The notes beneath the pieces were generated by a model that was not told where the DNA came from, searched no databases, and saw nothing but the letters and a program-made list of their open reading frames with translations. The position numbers and the translations under genes are program-made. A stretch of DNA of 64,000 bases from Patescibacteria group bacterium (GTDB lineage Bacteria > Patescibacteriota > Microgenomatia > UBA1400 > PJMF01): the NCBI GenBank assembly GCA_049322655.1, contig JBMORP010000006.1:256410-320409 (forward strand), in the 5' to 3' direction. The stretch's first letter is position 1; each line of letters starts with the position of its first letter. Shown here piece after piece: positions 26,805 to 36,920 of the stretch.

Positions 26805-27833
26805 CTAATCTTTCTTTTCTGTAGCTGAAACAGTGGCTTCTGGTTTTTTTTCTTGAGCCTTGTTTAAATCTTCAAGCTTAATATCCCAGACTACACCATC
26901 CTCTTCATGTAAAGCTGCCCAACAAAACCATAACTGAGGGTAACCACCAACCCGCTGACCATCTTGTGTGACAATCACTTCAGAACCTACCCGACCAGCT
27001 CTAATCTCGGTTCCTTCAAAATTTCTTACTCTAACCTCTTCTGGTGGTAAATCATTAAAAGAAAAAGTTAGTGATTTTTCTCCTAATGGAACTACATACA
27101 TCATTTCTTTTTTGGAAAAACGTTTATTTTGATAAGAAACGTAATCAGGAATTTCTTCTGTTGCTAAATAACCACTATAAGGATTAAAACTATAGTTATT
27201 AAAATAACCAGTGTCTTGACTCAAAACCTCAGCATCATAGTGATTAATTCTGACATCTTTGAAAGTTAACACTTGTGTAGTTCGAACCAAATCTAAAGTT
27301 ACTTTATTAAAATCTCCAGCAATAGCTCTACCCAATCCCTGTGACCAGAGACTTTCTGTTTTAGTGTCATAGAACACCAAATTAGCTTTGTAAAGCAAGC
27401 CACTCGCTCTAAATTTAAGCCCTTGATCTTCAGCACTAGCTCGATAAACAGCAATTGATTCACAAAAAGGACTATAAGTTACAGCAAAAGGAACTCCTTC
27501 CATAAAATCATTAATTACTTCATGCCAAACTAAAATATTTGCAGGATAAAATCTCTTCTTGCCCGTAATATCTACTAACACTCCTTTAGTGGAATCTTTA
27601 AGTTGTTTCTGAGCTTCTTTAACAGAAATAAATTTAGGCTCGTAAATCTCTGGGATGTCATCTTTACCCACTTTTCCTAAAATTAAATCATCAGTTTCAA
27701 TACTCTTTTCTTGCCAATTAGTCCTAAATGAATTAAAACGCTGGTAACGATAAAACAAATTGTAGCCATAACTTCCAACCAACCAGCCCGCTAGCAACAG
27801 TAATCCCCCAAAAATAACTTTTTTATTCTTCAT
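26805..27833 (-). CDS. DUF3179-family membrane-anchored protein
   Basis: KDDIP, YP..IL.WHEVIND, SGLLY..NL..YD..TESLWSQ, WF.W...H. Confidence 0.85.
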   Translation of the reverse strand: MKNKKVIFGGLLLLAGWLVGSYGYNLFYRYQRFNSFRTNWQEKSIETDDLILGKVGKDDIPEIYEPKFISVKEAQKQLKDSTKGVLVDITGKKRFYPANILVWHEVINDFMEGVPFAVTYSPFCESIAVYRASAEDQGLKFRASGLLYKANLVFYDTKTESLWSQGLGRAIAGDFNKVTLDLVRTTQVLTFKDVRINHYDAEVLSQDTGYFNNYSFNPYSGYLATEEIPDYVSYQNKRFSKKEMMYVVPLGEKSLTFSFNDLPPEEVRVRNFEGTEIRAGRVGSEVIVTQDGQRVGGYPQLWFCWAALHEEDGVVWDIKLEDLNKAQEKKPEATVSATEKKD

Positions 27834-27855
27834 AATACTTTTTATCTTAACTGAT

Positions 27856-28581
27856 TTAAGCTTTTGATTCTAGAAAAATTTTGTCAATTTCTTGTTTAGT
27901 TAATAGCCTTGCTTCTCCTGGCTTTAACTTGCCCAATACTAGCCCTCCGACGGCAACTCTCACCAGTTTTTTTACTTCCAAATTAATAGCTTTCATCATT
28001 CTTCTAATCTGTCTATTTAATCCTTGGTATAAAGTTATTTCCAAAATCGCAATCCCATCATCTTTATCCAAAACTCTAATTTCAGCTGGAGAGAACTTGC
28101 CTCTCTTCATTTTTATTCCCTTACGAATCTGCAATAGACCATTGCTACTAATTTTTCCAACCACTGAAACATGATAAATTTTGGGTAAATGATGGCTGGG
28201 ATGAGTCAACCTATTGGTAAACTTACCATCATTAGTGAGAATAATTAAGCCTTCAGAATCAACATCCAATCTTCCCACAGGATAAACTCTTTGTTTAGTT
28301 TCAACCAATGAAGTTACCACTGGTTTTCCTTCTGGATCATGAGTTGAACTAACATAACCAACTGGTTTATAAACTAACCAATATTCGAAATGCTTAGGCG
28401 CTGAAGTTGGTGGGTAAATTTTTTTCCCAACTTGAACTGTATCCTGGTAATCATCAACTTTGTCACCTAATCTAGCAACTTGATGATTAATTAAAACTTT
28501 TTTCTTCTCGATTAATTCATCGATTTTTCTTCTGGAAGCAACTCCTAAACTAGCCAAATATTTATTGATTCTTTGCAACAT
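27856..28581 (-). CDS. rluB: rRNA pseudouridine synthase, RsuA/RluB family
   Basis: S4 domain (GVASRR), YPVGRLDVDSEGL, GLNRQIRRM. Confidence 0.85.
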   Translation of the reverse strand: MLQRINKYLASLGVASRRKIDELIEKKKVLINHQVARLGDKVDDYQDTVQVGKKIYPPTSAPKHFEYWLVYKPVGYVSSTHDPEGKPVVTSLVETKQRVYPVGRLDVDSEGLIILTNDGKFTNRLTHPSHHLPKIYHVSVVGKISSNGLLQIRKGIKMKRGKFSPAEIRVLDKDDGIAILEITLYQGLNRQIRRMMKAINLEVKKLVRVAVGGLVLGKLKPGEARLLTKQEIDKIFLESKA

Positions 28582-28694
28582 AACTACCCATCTAAGATAC
28601 TTTTAACAAGATAACTAAAGATGTATTATACCTTTGTTTTGTAACTAACAAAAAATAAAATTGTCTTCTCTAGAAGACTAGAATCAGGAACAAA

Positions 28695-29942
28695 ATGAAA
28701 ATCACTGATATTTACGGCAGACAAGTTTTAGATTCCAGAGGTAATCCAACTATAGAAGTTGAAGTTACTGTTGAGGGTAACTTTATGGGCAGAGCAACTA
28801 TTCCAAGTGGGGCATCTACTGGGGCTCACGAGGCTTTGGAGTTAAGAGATGGTGGTGATTTATACCTTGGTCAAAGTGTGCTCAAAGCAGTTGAAAATGT
28901 TAATACTACTCTCAAAAAAGCCATTGTTGGTAATGATTATGAACAAATAACTTTAGACAGATTCATGATCGAATTAGATGGCACTGAAAAAAAAGAAAAG
29001 CTTGGTGCTAATGCTATTTTAGGAATCTCTCTTGCTTTTGCTTGGGCCTGTAGTCACGCTCAACACCGCCCTCTATACGAATATATTGGCGAACTTTATG
29101 AAAATAAAAACTTTGTTTTGCCAAGACCAATGTTAAATATTATGAATGGTGGCAAACACGCAGGTTGGGCTACTGATATCCAAGAATATATGGTCATACC
29201 CATGACGGCTCCTACTTGGAATGAAAAAATTAGAACTGGAGTAGAGATTTTTCAACATTTACAAAAAATTATCAAAGCCAAAGGTTACTCAACCAATGTT
29301 GGCAATGAAGGTGGCTTTGCCCCAGAAGTAAAATCTAATACCGAAGCTTTAGACTTAATTGTCGCAGCAATCGAAAAAGCTGGTTACTCACTCGGAGATG
29401 AAGTGATGATTGGTTTTGATGCTGCCGCCACCGAGTTTTATAACACCACCACGGGCAACTATGAGCTAAAGAAAGATAAACAAACGCTCACTCCAGATCA
29501 AATGGTTGATTGGGTCATTAACCTATCCCAAAAATATCCAGTCGCTTCTTTTGAAGATATGCTGGCTGAAGATGATTGGACTACCTGGTCAAAATTGACC
29601 GAAAAAGTTGGTAACAAAATTCAGATTGTCGGTGATGATTTATTAGTTACTAATAAAAAACGAATTGCTGAGGCTATTAATAAAAAATCTTGTAACGCTT
29701 TACTCGTCAAACTCAACCAAATTGGCACCCTGACAGAAACTTTAGAAGCCATGAAAACTAGTGAACAAGCTGGTTGGAAAAATGTGGTATCTCACCGCAG
29801 TGGTGAAACTGAAGATGTCACAATTTCTCACTTGGTTGTTGGTACTGGGGCTGGTCAAATCAAAACTGGAGCTCCTAGTAGAAGTGAGCGAACAGCCAAG
29901 TATAATGAATTGACCAGAATTGCTGAAAAACTAGAAAAATAA
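28695..29942 (+). CDS. eno: enolase
   Basis: DSRGNPT, PSGASTG, NGGKH, VGDDL, KLNQIGT, SHRSGETED. Confidence 0.98.
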   Translation: MKITDIYGRQVLDSRGNPTIEVEVTVEGNFMGRATIPSGASTGAHEALELRDGGDLYLGQSVLKAVENVNTTLKKAIVGNDYEQITLDRFMIELDGTEKKEKLGANAILGISLAFAWACSHAQHRPLYEYIGELYENKNFVLPRPMLNIMNGGKHAGWATDIQEYMVIPMTAPTWNEKIRTGVEIFQHLQKIIKAKGYSTNVGNEGGFAPEVKSNTEALDLIVAAIEKAGYSLGDEVMIGFDAAATEFYNTTTGNYELKKDKQTLTPDQMVDWVINLSQKYPVASFEDMLAEDDWTTWSKLTEKVGNKIQIVGDDLLVTNKKRIAEAINKKSCNALLVKLNQIGTLTETLEAMKTSEQAGWKNVVSHRSGETEDVTISHLVVGTGAGQIKTGAPSRSERTAKYNELTRIAEKLEK

Positions 29943-29958
29943 AAACTAACAAAAGACC

Positions 29959-30582
29959 ATGAAGTTGTTTACCAATCCACTAGTTTGGCTGCAAAAGTTT
30001 GTTGCCACCAACCAAAAAGCAGTCATTAGATTTAGCTATCTATTGATGATCACCCTAATTGGGCTGGTCGTGACGACCTATTTGGTAAAAGACTACCGAG
30101 TTTATTGGTCTGAACTAGGTAAAAAGGCCGCTACGCTGAGTTTGATCTTGTTTTGGGTGACACTCATTCCAGGAATATTAAAAAGATTTCAATTAACTGG
30201 TATTTTTATGCCCATTAGAGTGATCATCATGCTTTTTAGAAAAGAAATCGGGATTTTAATGTTTCTTTTGGCCTTTGCTCATTACTTTTGGTCCAGATTT
30301 CTACCCATCTTGGTAATAAAAGGTGATCTGCTTGCTTTTAGCCTCTTTGAAATTTTTGGCTTGGGAGCTCTAGTCTTAGCTTTCCCAATGTTTATCACTT
30401 CTAATGATTTATCGATTCAAAAACTTGGCAAAGTCTGGAAATTAATTCATTCGGCCACTTATATAATAATTTGGCTTTTGTTTCTTCATGTTGTTTTGAG
30501 AAACCCAGACATTAAAGCCTTAATCACTTTAATTTTGGGTTGTCTAACTTTGGCCTCATTGGCTAAAGAAAAAACTAGTTAA
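29959..30582 (+). CDS. ferric-reductase-like transmembrane protein (MsrQ-like)
   Basis: RKEIG...FAHY, ITSND, LGKVWKLIH..Y, FLH; about 6 TM helices. Confidence 0.8.
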   Translation: MKLFTNPLVWLQKFVATNQKAVIRFSYLLMITLIGLVVTTYLVKDYRVYWSELGKKAATLSLILFWVTLIPGILKRFQLTGIFMPIRVIIMLFRKEIGILMFLLAFAHYFWSRFLPILVIKGDLLAFSLFEIFGLGALVLAFPMFITSNDLSIQKLGKVWKLIHSATYIIIWLLFLHVVLRNPDIKALITLILGCLTLASLAKEKTS

Positions 30583-30997
30583 GATCACCAATATAAAAAT
30601 TCTGTAATAAAGACATAGCCTCAGCAGAATGAGGTCGTTTAGTCTCCTTGCCAATATTGTTCCACATCTCTGTAGCATCTTTCCCACAACCCTTATTCAT
30701 AGCCTTACCTCCTGGGTGAACTTGCTCTGCAATATAAAGAGTCACATCATAAACTCTGCCCTCAATGGCCATCCAACAATCTTCTGCAGTAGCATGCTGA
30801 GCCACTTCTTCCAAAGAAAAACTATTAGTTTCAACTGGTTGTTGTTTTTGTCTCTGGTAGTAATTAAAAAATAAAAAACTCGCACCAAAAATAATCACTA
30901 ACAAACTAATAATCAAAGATTTAAAACGAGGATTTCTAGTTATTTTTTTTCTTGGCTTAGCTTTTTTGTTAATTTTCGAGGGTAGTTTTTTGGGCAT
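30575..30997 (-). CDS. membrane-anchored cytochrome b5-like heme protein
   Basis: EVAQH..EDCW, VYDVT, HPGG, GKDAT, HS; N-terminal TM helix. Confidence 0.9.
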   Translation of the reverse strand: MPKKLPSKINKKAKPRKKITRNPRFKSLIISLLVIIFGASFLFFNYYQRQKQQPVETNSFSLEEVAQHATAEDCWMAIEGRVYDVTLYIAEQVHPGGKAMNKGCGKDATEMWNNIGKETKRPHSAEAMSLLQNFYIGDLN

Positions 30998-31069
30998 GAC
31001 TAAAAAAATAGATAATTACTAACAGCTATCCATTCTAATTTAAATCTTAACTGGCTTAAAGCAGGAAAA

Positions 31070-31495
31070 TTACTCTAGATCACCAATATAAAAATTTGCT
31101 AAATAACCTTCAGCTTTCTCAGAGTGAGAACCGCTCCCATTGGGTCTATTTCTAAATAATTCACTAGCATCAGAACCACACCCCAACAAGATTGCTTCAC
31201 CTCCCGGATGAATGCCTTGTTTGATATAGGCAGTTACATCATAAACCTTACCCTCGATAACAAGCCAGCAATCACTAGCTGAGGAATGTTCTTTAACATC
31301 AGCTAAAGTATATGTTTCCATTTCATTTTGGTTGTCACCAGTCGGCTGGTTGTCAACCCCAACAAGTTGTTGCTCCTGAACAGGCAAGTCAGTGACAGCT
31401 GGTATTGGCTTATCCTGGCTAGAAACTAGATAATTATTAAGTAAAAAACCAACAGCTACTAACAATAACAAAATTAAAAAAAAATTTTTAGTCAT
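31070..31495 (-). CDS. membrane-anchored or secreted cytochrome b5-like heme protein
   Basis: VKEH..SDCW, VYDVT, HPGG, GSDAS, HS; N-terminal hydrophobic segment. Confidence 0.9.
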   Translation of the reverse strand: MTKNFFLILLLLVAVGFLLNNYLVSSQDKPIPAVTDLPVQEQQLVGVDNQPTGDNQNEMETYTLADVKEHSSASDCWLVIEGKVYDVTAYIKQGIHPGGEAILLGCGSDASELFRNRPNGSGSHSEKAEGYLANFYIGDLE

Positions 31496-31632
31496 AAAAA
31501 ATCTCGGTTACTTAATAACTCAATTTCAGATTACAGTATAACTAATAACTAAGCATGAATGAGTGAAAAAAATTACAAAAAATGTGAGCTGAATTACTAA
31601 GTTTTTATTTAGAAAGAAAGTATAATGATGAT

Positions 31633-32379
31633 ATGAGTTTTTCATTAGATGGTTCTCAAGTCGGTTTTATCACGGCTTACTTAGCTGGTTTGTTAACTTT
31701 TTTTGCTTCTTGTATCTTACCTTTAGTTCCTACTTACTTGGGTTATTTATCAGGAATTGCTTTCAGAGATTTAGATAAAAAAGAAAATAGTCTTAAAATC
31801 TTTAAAACAGCCAGTATTTTTGTTTTTGGCTTTGTCCTGAGTTTTGTTTTGATGGGCTTATTACTTCAAAGATTGGCTGGTTTATTGATTGTTTATCGGC
31901 CAATGATTGAAAAAGTAAGCGGAGTTTTCTTTATAGTTTTTGGTCTTTATCTCTTGGGCATTTTCAAATCAAGATTTTTAGCCAAAGAAAAACAAACTAA
32001 TTTAAATAATTTTTTTGAAAAAAATATCTACCTTCATGCGTTGTTTACAGGGCTAGGCTTTGGTTTTAGCTGGACACCTTGTATTGGGCCAGTCCTAGCA
32101 GTAATTCTTTACTGGTCTGCCCAAGCAGAAACAACAATAATCGGCTCCTTACTACTAGTTAGCTTTGGTTTTGGAATTGGCACACCATTCTTGCTCGTCT
32201 CGTTAGCTTTTGAAAAACTTGTCCCCTTATTAAAAAGATACAAACACATCAGTAAGTATATTACTTATATATCAGGAGCAATTGTTTTATTATTCGGTTT
32301 ACTTTTATTTTTAGGTCAATATCAAACTTTGGCTATTGGTCTAGTAAATTTTTTATCGATTTCTGCTAAATCATTTTAG
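31633..32379 (+). CDS. ccdA: CcdA/DsbD transmembrane electron transporter
   Basis: FFASCILPLVP and WTPCIGPVL Cys motifs. Confidence 0.9.
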   Translation: MSFSLDGSQVGFITAYLAGLLTFFASCILPLVPTYLGYLSGIAFRDLDKKENSLKIFKTASIFVFGFVLSFVLMGLLLQRLAGLLIVYRPMIEKVSGVFFIVFGLYLLGIFKSRFLAKEKQTNLNNFFEKNIYLHALFTGLGFGFSWTPCIGPVLAVILYWSAQAETTIIGSLLLVSFGFGIGTPFLLVSLAFEKLVPLLKRYKHISKYITYISGAIVLLFGLLLFLGQYQTLAIGLVNFLSISAKSF

Positions 32380-32380
32380 T

Positions 32381-33436
32381 TTACTCAATCCACATTGCAT
32401 CACCAAAACTAAAAAATCGATAGTTTTTCTTGATTGCTTCCAGATAAGCTTTGCCAATTAAACAACTAGTAAAATCACTAAACTTAATAGAAGTATTGGG
32501 AAAAGACACCAAAGAACTAACCAACATTAATAGACTAGATTTTGGCAAATGAAAGTTGGTAATTAAAGAATCAACAAACTCAAATTTATATGGAGGAAAA
32601 ATAAATAAGTCGGTAGAACCTGTGCCTGGCTTGATTTGACCATTCTCAACCACACTTTCCAAAGTTCTAGCCGAAGTAGTGCCAACCGCAATAATTCTCT
32701 TACCAACTTTTTTAGCTTGGTTAAGTCTTTCTGCTACTTTTTTTTCTACCTCATAAAACTCTTGATGGAGTTTTTTAGTTTTAAGATTTTCTGGTCTTAA
32801 ATTTTGAAAAGTGCCCAAACCAACATGAAGTGTTATTTTTTCTATCTGAACACCTCTTGCCTGCAGTTTTTTTAATAAATTATCAGTAAAATGTAAACCA
32901 GCTGTTGGCGCTGCCGCAGATCCACGATTCTTGGCATAAACAGTTTGATATTTTTTCCTTAAATCATTTTCTGATAATTCACTTTCAATATATGGAGGAA
33001 TTGGTGTGTGGCCATGTTTATCTAATAACTTATCAATATTTTCATTACTTATAATCTCTACTTGTAACTCCCCAGAGACTGATTTTTCCAAGACCTTAGC
33101 AAAACTAGTTGAATTAAAAATAATTTTTTGCTGAATTTTTAAATTTGGTTTACCAATAGCTGTCCATTTGTTTTCACCTAAAGGTCTTAGTAAAAGTAAT
33201 TCTGCCGCCTTTCCAGACTCTTTTTCCCCAAATAACCTAGCTGGAAAAACCTTACTTTCATTGATTACCAAAACATCGTTAACCGTTAATAATTCACTAA
33301 TATCACTAAAAACTAAATGCTGAAATTTGGTTGTTTGTCGATTAATTACTAATAGTTTAGCTGAATCTCTAGGCTCAGCTGGGAACTGGGCAATGCTAGG
33401 TTTGGGTAAAAAATAATCAAATAAATTAATATTCAT
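32381..33436 (-). CDS. queA: S-adenosylmethionine:tRNA ribosyltransferase-isomerase
   Basis: IAQFP, PIPPYI, YQTVYA, AAPTAGLHF, LHVGLGTF, TNFHLPKS, FFSFGDAM. Confidence 0.97.
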   Translation of the reverse strand: MNINLFDYFLPKPSIAQFPAEPRDSAKLLVINRQTTKFQHLVFSDISELLTVNDVLVINESKVFPARLFGEKESGKAAELLLLRPLGENKWTAIGKPNLKIQQKIIFNSTSFAKVLEKSVSGELQVEIISNENIDKLLDKHGHTPIPPYIESELSENDLRKKYQTVYAKNRGSAAAPTAGLHFTDNLLKKLQARGVQIEKITLHVGLGTFQNLRPENLKTKKLHQEFYEVEKKVAERLNQAKKVGKRIIAVGTTSARTLESVVENGQIKPGTGSTDLFIFPPYKFEFVDSLITNFHLPKSSLLMLVSSLVSFPNTSIKFSDFTSCLIGKAYLEAIKKNYRFFSFGDAMWIE

Positions 33437-33590
33437 AGGCCCACTATTATAACCTTAAACATCAAGTCATTAAGACTTGGAAACTATACTCATTACCAAT
33501 TAAAACCATAATGATAAAACCTAAAAATAAATATTATTGATCTTTCATCTTTATTTAATCCAATAAACAAGCTATTCTGATGCAAGGTTT

Positions 33591-34664
33591 ATGCTGAGTT
33601 TTTTTCAACAATTAATAATAATTATTAAACAAAAAAAATGGCTTTGGGGAGTTTTTTTAGGCATTATTACTTCAACTGCTATTACTACTTACCTACTAGG
33701 TAAAAACCAACTAACCACTAACAAAATAAACTCATTTATTCCCCAATTTAACCAAGAACAAACCACAAATATAGAAGATAAAGAATCTTTAACTGTGTTA
33801 TTGCTTGGTTATGGTGGTGCTGGACATCAAGGAGGATTTTTATCTGATGTCGTTCAAGTTATTCACTTTGATTTTATCCAAGCAAAAACCGTCATGATCT
33901 CAATCCCCAGAGATTTGTGGGTTTCTTTGCCCAATGGAACAGAAAATAAAATCAACGCTGCTTATAACTTAGATAGACAAAAGAATGATAATCAGGCCAC
34001 CACCACTAAAAAAATGGCTGAAGTAGTCACTGGTTTACCAATCGATTACTATTTAGCAGTTGATTTCGTTGGTTTTCAAAGAATTATTGGTGAAGAATTA
34101 GGAGGAATCGATGTCGAGATTAGCGAGCCACTAGATGACCCCTGGTATCCAATAAAAGGAGAAGAACTAAATACCTGTGGCAAAACCCCAGAAGAAGTAG
34201 CCGCTTTATCTACCCAATATTCTGGTTTTGAACTTGAAAAACAATTTGTTTGTCGCTATGAACACCTCTACTATCCAGCAGGAATAGTGCACATGGAAGG
34301 TGGAGACGCCCTAAAATTTGTCCGATCCAGACATGGCTCTGCTGGGGGAGATTTTTCTAGAGCAAAAAGACAACATGAAGTGTTATTAGCGATTAAAGAA
34401 AAACTTTTTTCACTGGAAGGAATAGATAATATTCCTGCTGTTTTCAAACAATTTGTTGAACATACTCAAACAGATCTAGATGCTAATTTAGCCGAAAAAT
34501 TATGGCCACTACTCAAAAGTACTAAAACCCATCAAACTATAAAAATTAACCTATCCACAGAAAACGTCTTTACTAGCGGGCATTCTTCTCAAGGAGCCTA
34601 TGTAATTCAACCAAAATCATCTTGGCAAAATGTTCATGATTACATTTATAATTTAATTAATTAA
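33591..34664 (+). CDS. LCP (LytR-CpsA-Psr) family cell-envelope transferase
   Basis: N-terminal TM, ISIPRDLWV, KINAAY, ALKFVRSRH, DFSRAKRQ. Confidence 0.92.
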   Translation: MLSFFQQLIIIIKQKKWLWGVFLGIITSTAITTYLLGKNQLTTNKINSFIPQFNQEQTTNIEDKESLTVLLLGYGGAGHQGGFLSDVVQVIHFDFIQAKTVMISIPRDLWVSLPNGTENKINAAYNLDRQKNDNQATTTKKMAEVVTGLPIDYYLAVDFVGFQRIIGEELGGIDVEISEPLDDPWYPIKGEELNTCGKTPEEVAALSTQYSGFELEKQFVCRYEHLYYPAGIVHMEGGDALKFVRSRHGSAGGDFSRAKRQHEVLLAIKEKLFSLEGIDNIPAVFKQFVEHTQTDLDANLAEKLWPLLKSTKTHQTIKINLSTENVFTSGHSSQGAYVIQPKSSWQNVHDYIYNLIN

Positions 34665-34667
34665 AAA

Positions 34668-35921
34668 ATGCTCAAACATACTTTTTTCTTAGCCAAAAAT
34701 CAAAGTAGTCAAAAACTGCTCCATTATATTTTGATTGTTACAATCGTGTTTTTTGCAGATGCAATTTTAGCTTTTTGGCTACCCACTTATCTTGATTTGA
34801 CTTTTTCTAGCTCAATGATCATGGGTTTAATTATTTCTTTTTCATCCGTAGTTGGTCTTGCTACAGATTTTTTGTTTCCTCAGCTATTTCCTAGTATTAG
34901 TGAGAAAAAGACACTAAATTTTACTTTATTTTTCCTAGCAGGTTTTATTGGTTTACTAATGTTGTCTTTGCAGTTCCCTTACTGGTGGATCTTTATTTTG
35001 GCGGTTTCTTCTTGGGGAATTTATTATGAATTCTTGACTTTTGCTAGTAAAATGTATGTTTCAGAACATGTCAATAAAAAACTTTATACTAACGCCTGGG
35101 CAGAAATAGATCTAGGTAAAAGTTTTGCTTACCTACTAGGACCTATTGTTGCTAGTATTTTACTAGTAAGAGGTAATTTTTCAGTGATTATTGCTAGTTT
35201 GATAGCTTTAATTTTAGCCCAGCTACTACTAAGTTTTTTCAAAGAGAACAACAAGGAAACTAAAGAACCAGATAAAACTCAACCCATTGCCATACAACCG
35301 GCTATGGAGTTAAGTCACTGGGTTTCCCTTGGAAAAAAAGTCTGGCCTGTCATTTTGCTGAATTTTTTAACAACCTCGATCGATGCTACTTTTTGGACAA
35401 CTGGAGCAGTTTTTGCTGAAAAAACGGTAGCAAGCTATCCATTAGCTATTTTTATCATGCCCCTTTATATGGCTCCAATGCTGATTGCTCAGGTTATTTT
35501 GATCAAAAAAGGCATAAATATAAACAAAGAAAAAAAGGCAACTTTGTTATTAATCATCAACGCTCTACTTCTAATAATTTTAGGTAGTATTCAAGTTGGT
35601 CATGGAGTTTTGTTAACAACTTTTGCGATAGGCTTATTAGTCTCATTCGCCTACCCATTAATAGAATCTAGCTACTCCGATCTGGAAGAAAGAATGGGTA
35701 TTCACAAAAAACACCTAATTGCCTTATCTTCTTCTATTTATAGTCTTGCCTACATTATTGCCCCAATTACTGCTGGCTTTATCGGCGATCTTTTTGGTGA
35801 ACAAAAATCATTCAGTTATTTAGGAATAATGGTCGGCTTTTTTGCAGTTATAACTTTGATTTTAAATAGAAAAAAAATCACTATTCCTCAAAAAGAAATC
35901 ACTACCTGGGATACAAAGTAA
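34668..35921 (+). CDS. MFS transporter
   Basis: About 12 TM helices in two bundles; AYLLGP and AYIIAP repeats. Confidence 0.8.
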   Translation: MLKHTFFLAKNQSSQKLLHYILIVTIVFFADAILAFWLPTYLDLTFSSSMIMGLIISFSSVVGLATDFLFPQLFPSISEKKTLNFTLFFLAGFIGLLMLSLQFPYWWIFILAVSSWGIYYEFLTFASKMYVSEHVNKKLYTNAWAEIDLGKSFAYLLGPIVASILLVRGNFSVIIASLIALILAQLLLSFFKENNKETKEPDKTQPIAIQPAMELSHWVSLGKKVWPVILLNFLTTSIDATFWTTGAVFAEKTVASYPLAIFIMPLYMAPMLIAQVILIKKGININKEKKATLLLIINALLLIILGSIQVGHGVLLTTFAIGLLVSFAYPLIESSYSDLEERMGIHKKHLIALSSSIYSLAYIIAPITAGFIGDLFGEQKSFSYLGIMVGFFAVITLILNRKKITIPQKEITTWDTK

Positions 35922-36002
35922 ACTTTGCTCTATTGACTTTGTTAATAAATCAGTTAAATTTTAGCTACGAAAGAAACAATCCGCTTTTCAATTATTGTAG
36001 TT

Positions 36003-36920
36003 TTGTTTATAGCCATTTTTATTGGTATTAAAAATGGTTATCTTAGCTTTGCTGTAACTGAAAATAAAGAAATTGAACAAAATAATAAACAAAAATCAAA
36101 ATATCAATTTTTATCTAAATACGTTTCAGATAACCAAATCTCCCAAACTAAAACTAATGAATTTCAAAATAAAATTAATACTATAAAACAACAAAATCAA
36201 GAAATAGATTTTTCTGTCTATTTTAGAGACTTTAATAATGGCCCTTGGTTGAGTTACAATTCTTTGGTTTTTTTTGATGGGGCTAGCTTACTAAAATTAC
36301 CAATCTTAGTAACTTATCTAAAAGCTGCAGAAAAAAATGAATCATTGCTGCAACAAAAAGTTTTTTATGAATCAGCTTACTCATCCGATAGAAATCCAGA
36401 CGAAAAATTTGATCAAACTCTTAATGTTGGAGAAACATATACTATTGGTTACTTATTAGAGGTCATGACCACTAAATCTGACAATGTTGCTAAAAATATG
36501 CTTCAAGATTTGATCAATGAACTTGATATCAGACCAAACTTAGAAGAAACAAAAGAAATCCTTGGCGTTTATGATGAGACAACTAATTCAATTAGTAGTG
36601 AAAAATATGCTGGAATTTTCAGAATTTTATATAATGCAGAATACTTAACCCCACAAATGTCAGAAAAAGCTTTAGAAATTCTTTCTAGAGCAGAATATAA
36701 AGATGGCCTAGTTAATAAACTTCCAGATAATATCAAGGTTAGCCACAAATTCGGGGTAAGATATTCAAGTCAAAACAGCAACTATCAACTTCATGATTGT
36801 GGCATAATCTATGCAACTAATCCATATTCATTGTGTGTTATGACCATTGGCAACAATCCAGAAAAACAAAAGCAAATCATTTCAGAAATATCAAAAATAA
36901 GCTTCGAACTATTTAATTAA
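36003..36920 (+). CDS. class A beta-lactamase-like serine hydrolase, membrane anchored (true start possibly ACG at 35967)
   Basis: SxxK (ASLLK), SDN, HKFG, HDCGI. Confidence 0.85.
   Translation: MFIAIFIGIKNGYLSFAVTENKEIEQNNKQKSKYQFLSKYVSDNQISQTKTNEFQNKINTIKQQNQEIDFSVYFRDFNNGPWLSYNSLVFFDGASLLKLPILVTYLKAAEKNESLLQQKVFYESAYSSDRNPDEKFDQTLNVGETYTIGYLLEVMTTKSDNVAKNMLQDLINELDIRPNLEETKEILGVYDETTNSISSEKYAGIFRILYNAEYLTPQMSEKALEILSRAEYKDGLVNKLPDNIKVSHKFGVRYSSQNSNYQLHDCGIIYATNPYSLCVMTIGNNPEKQKQIISEISKISFELFN

Noticed and set aside
36003-36920. Bona fide antibiotic-resistance beta-lactamase
   Set aside because: SxxK/SDN/KxG are present, but no clear omega-loop ExxLN is seen; more likely a cell-wall serine hydrolase.
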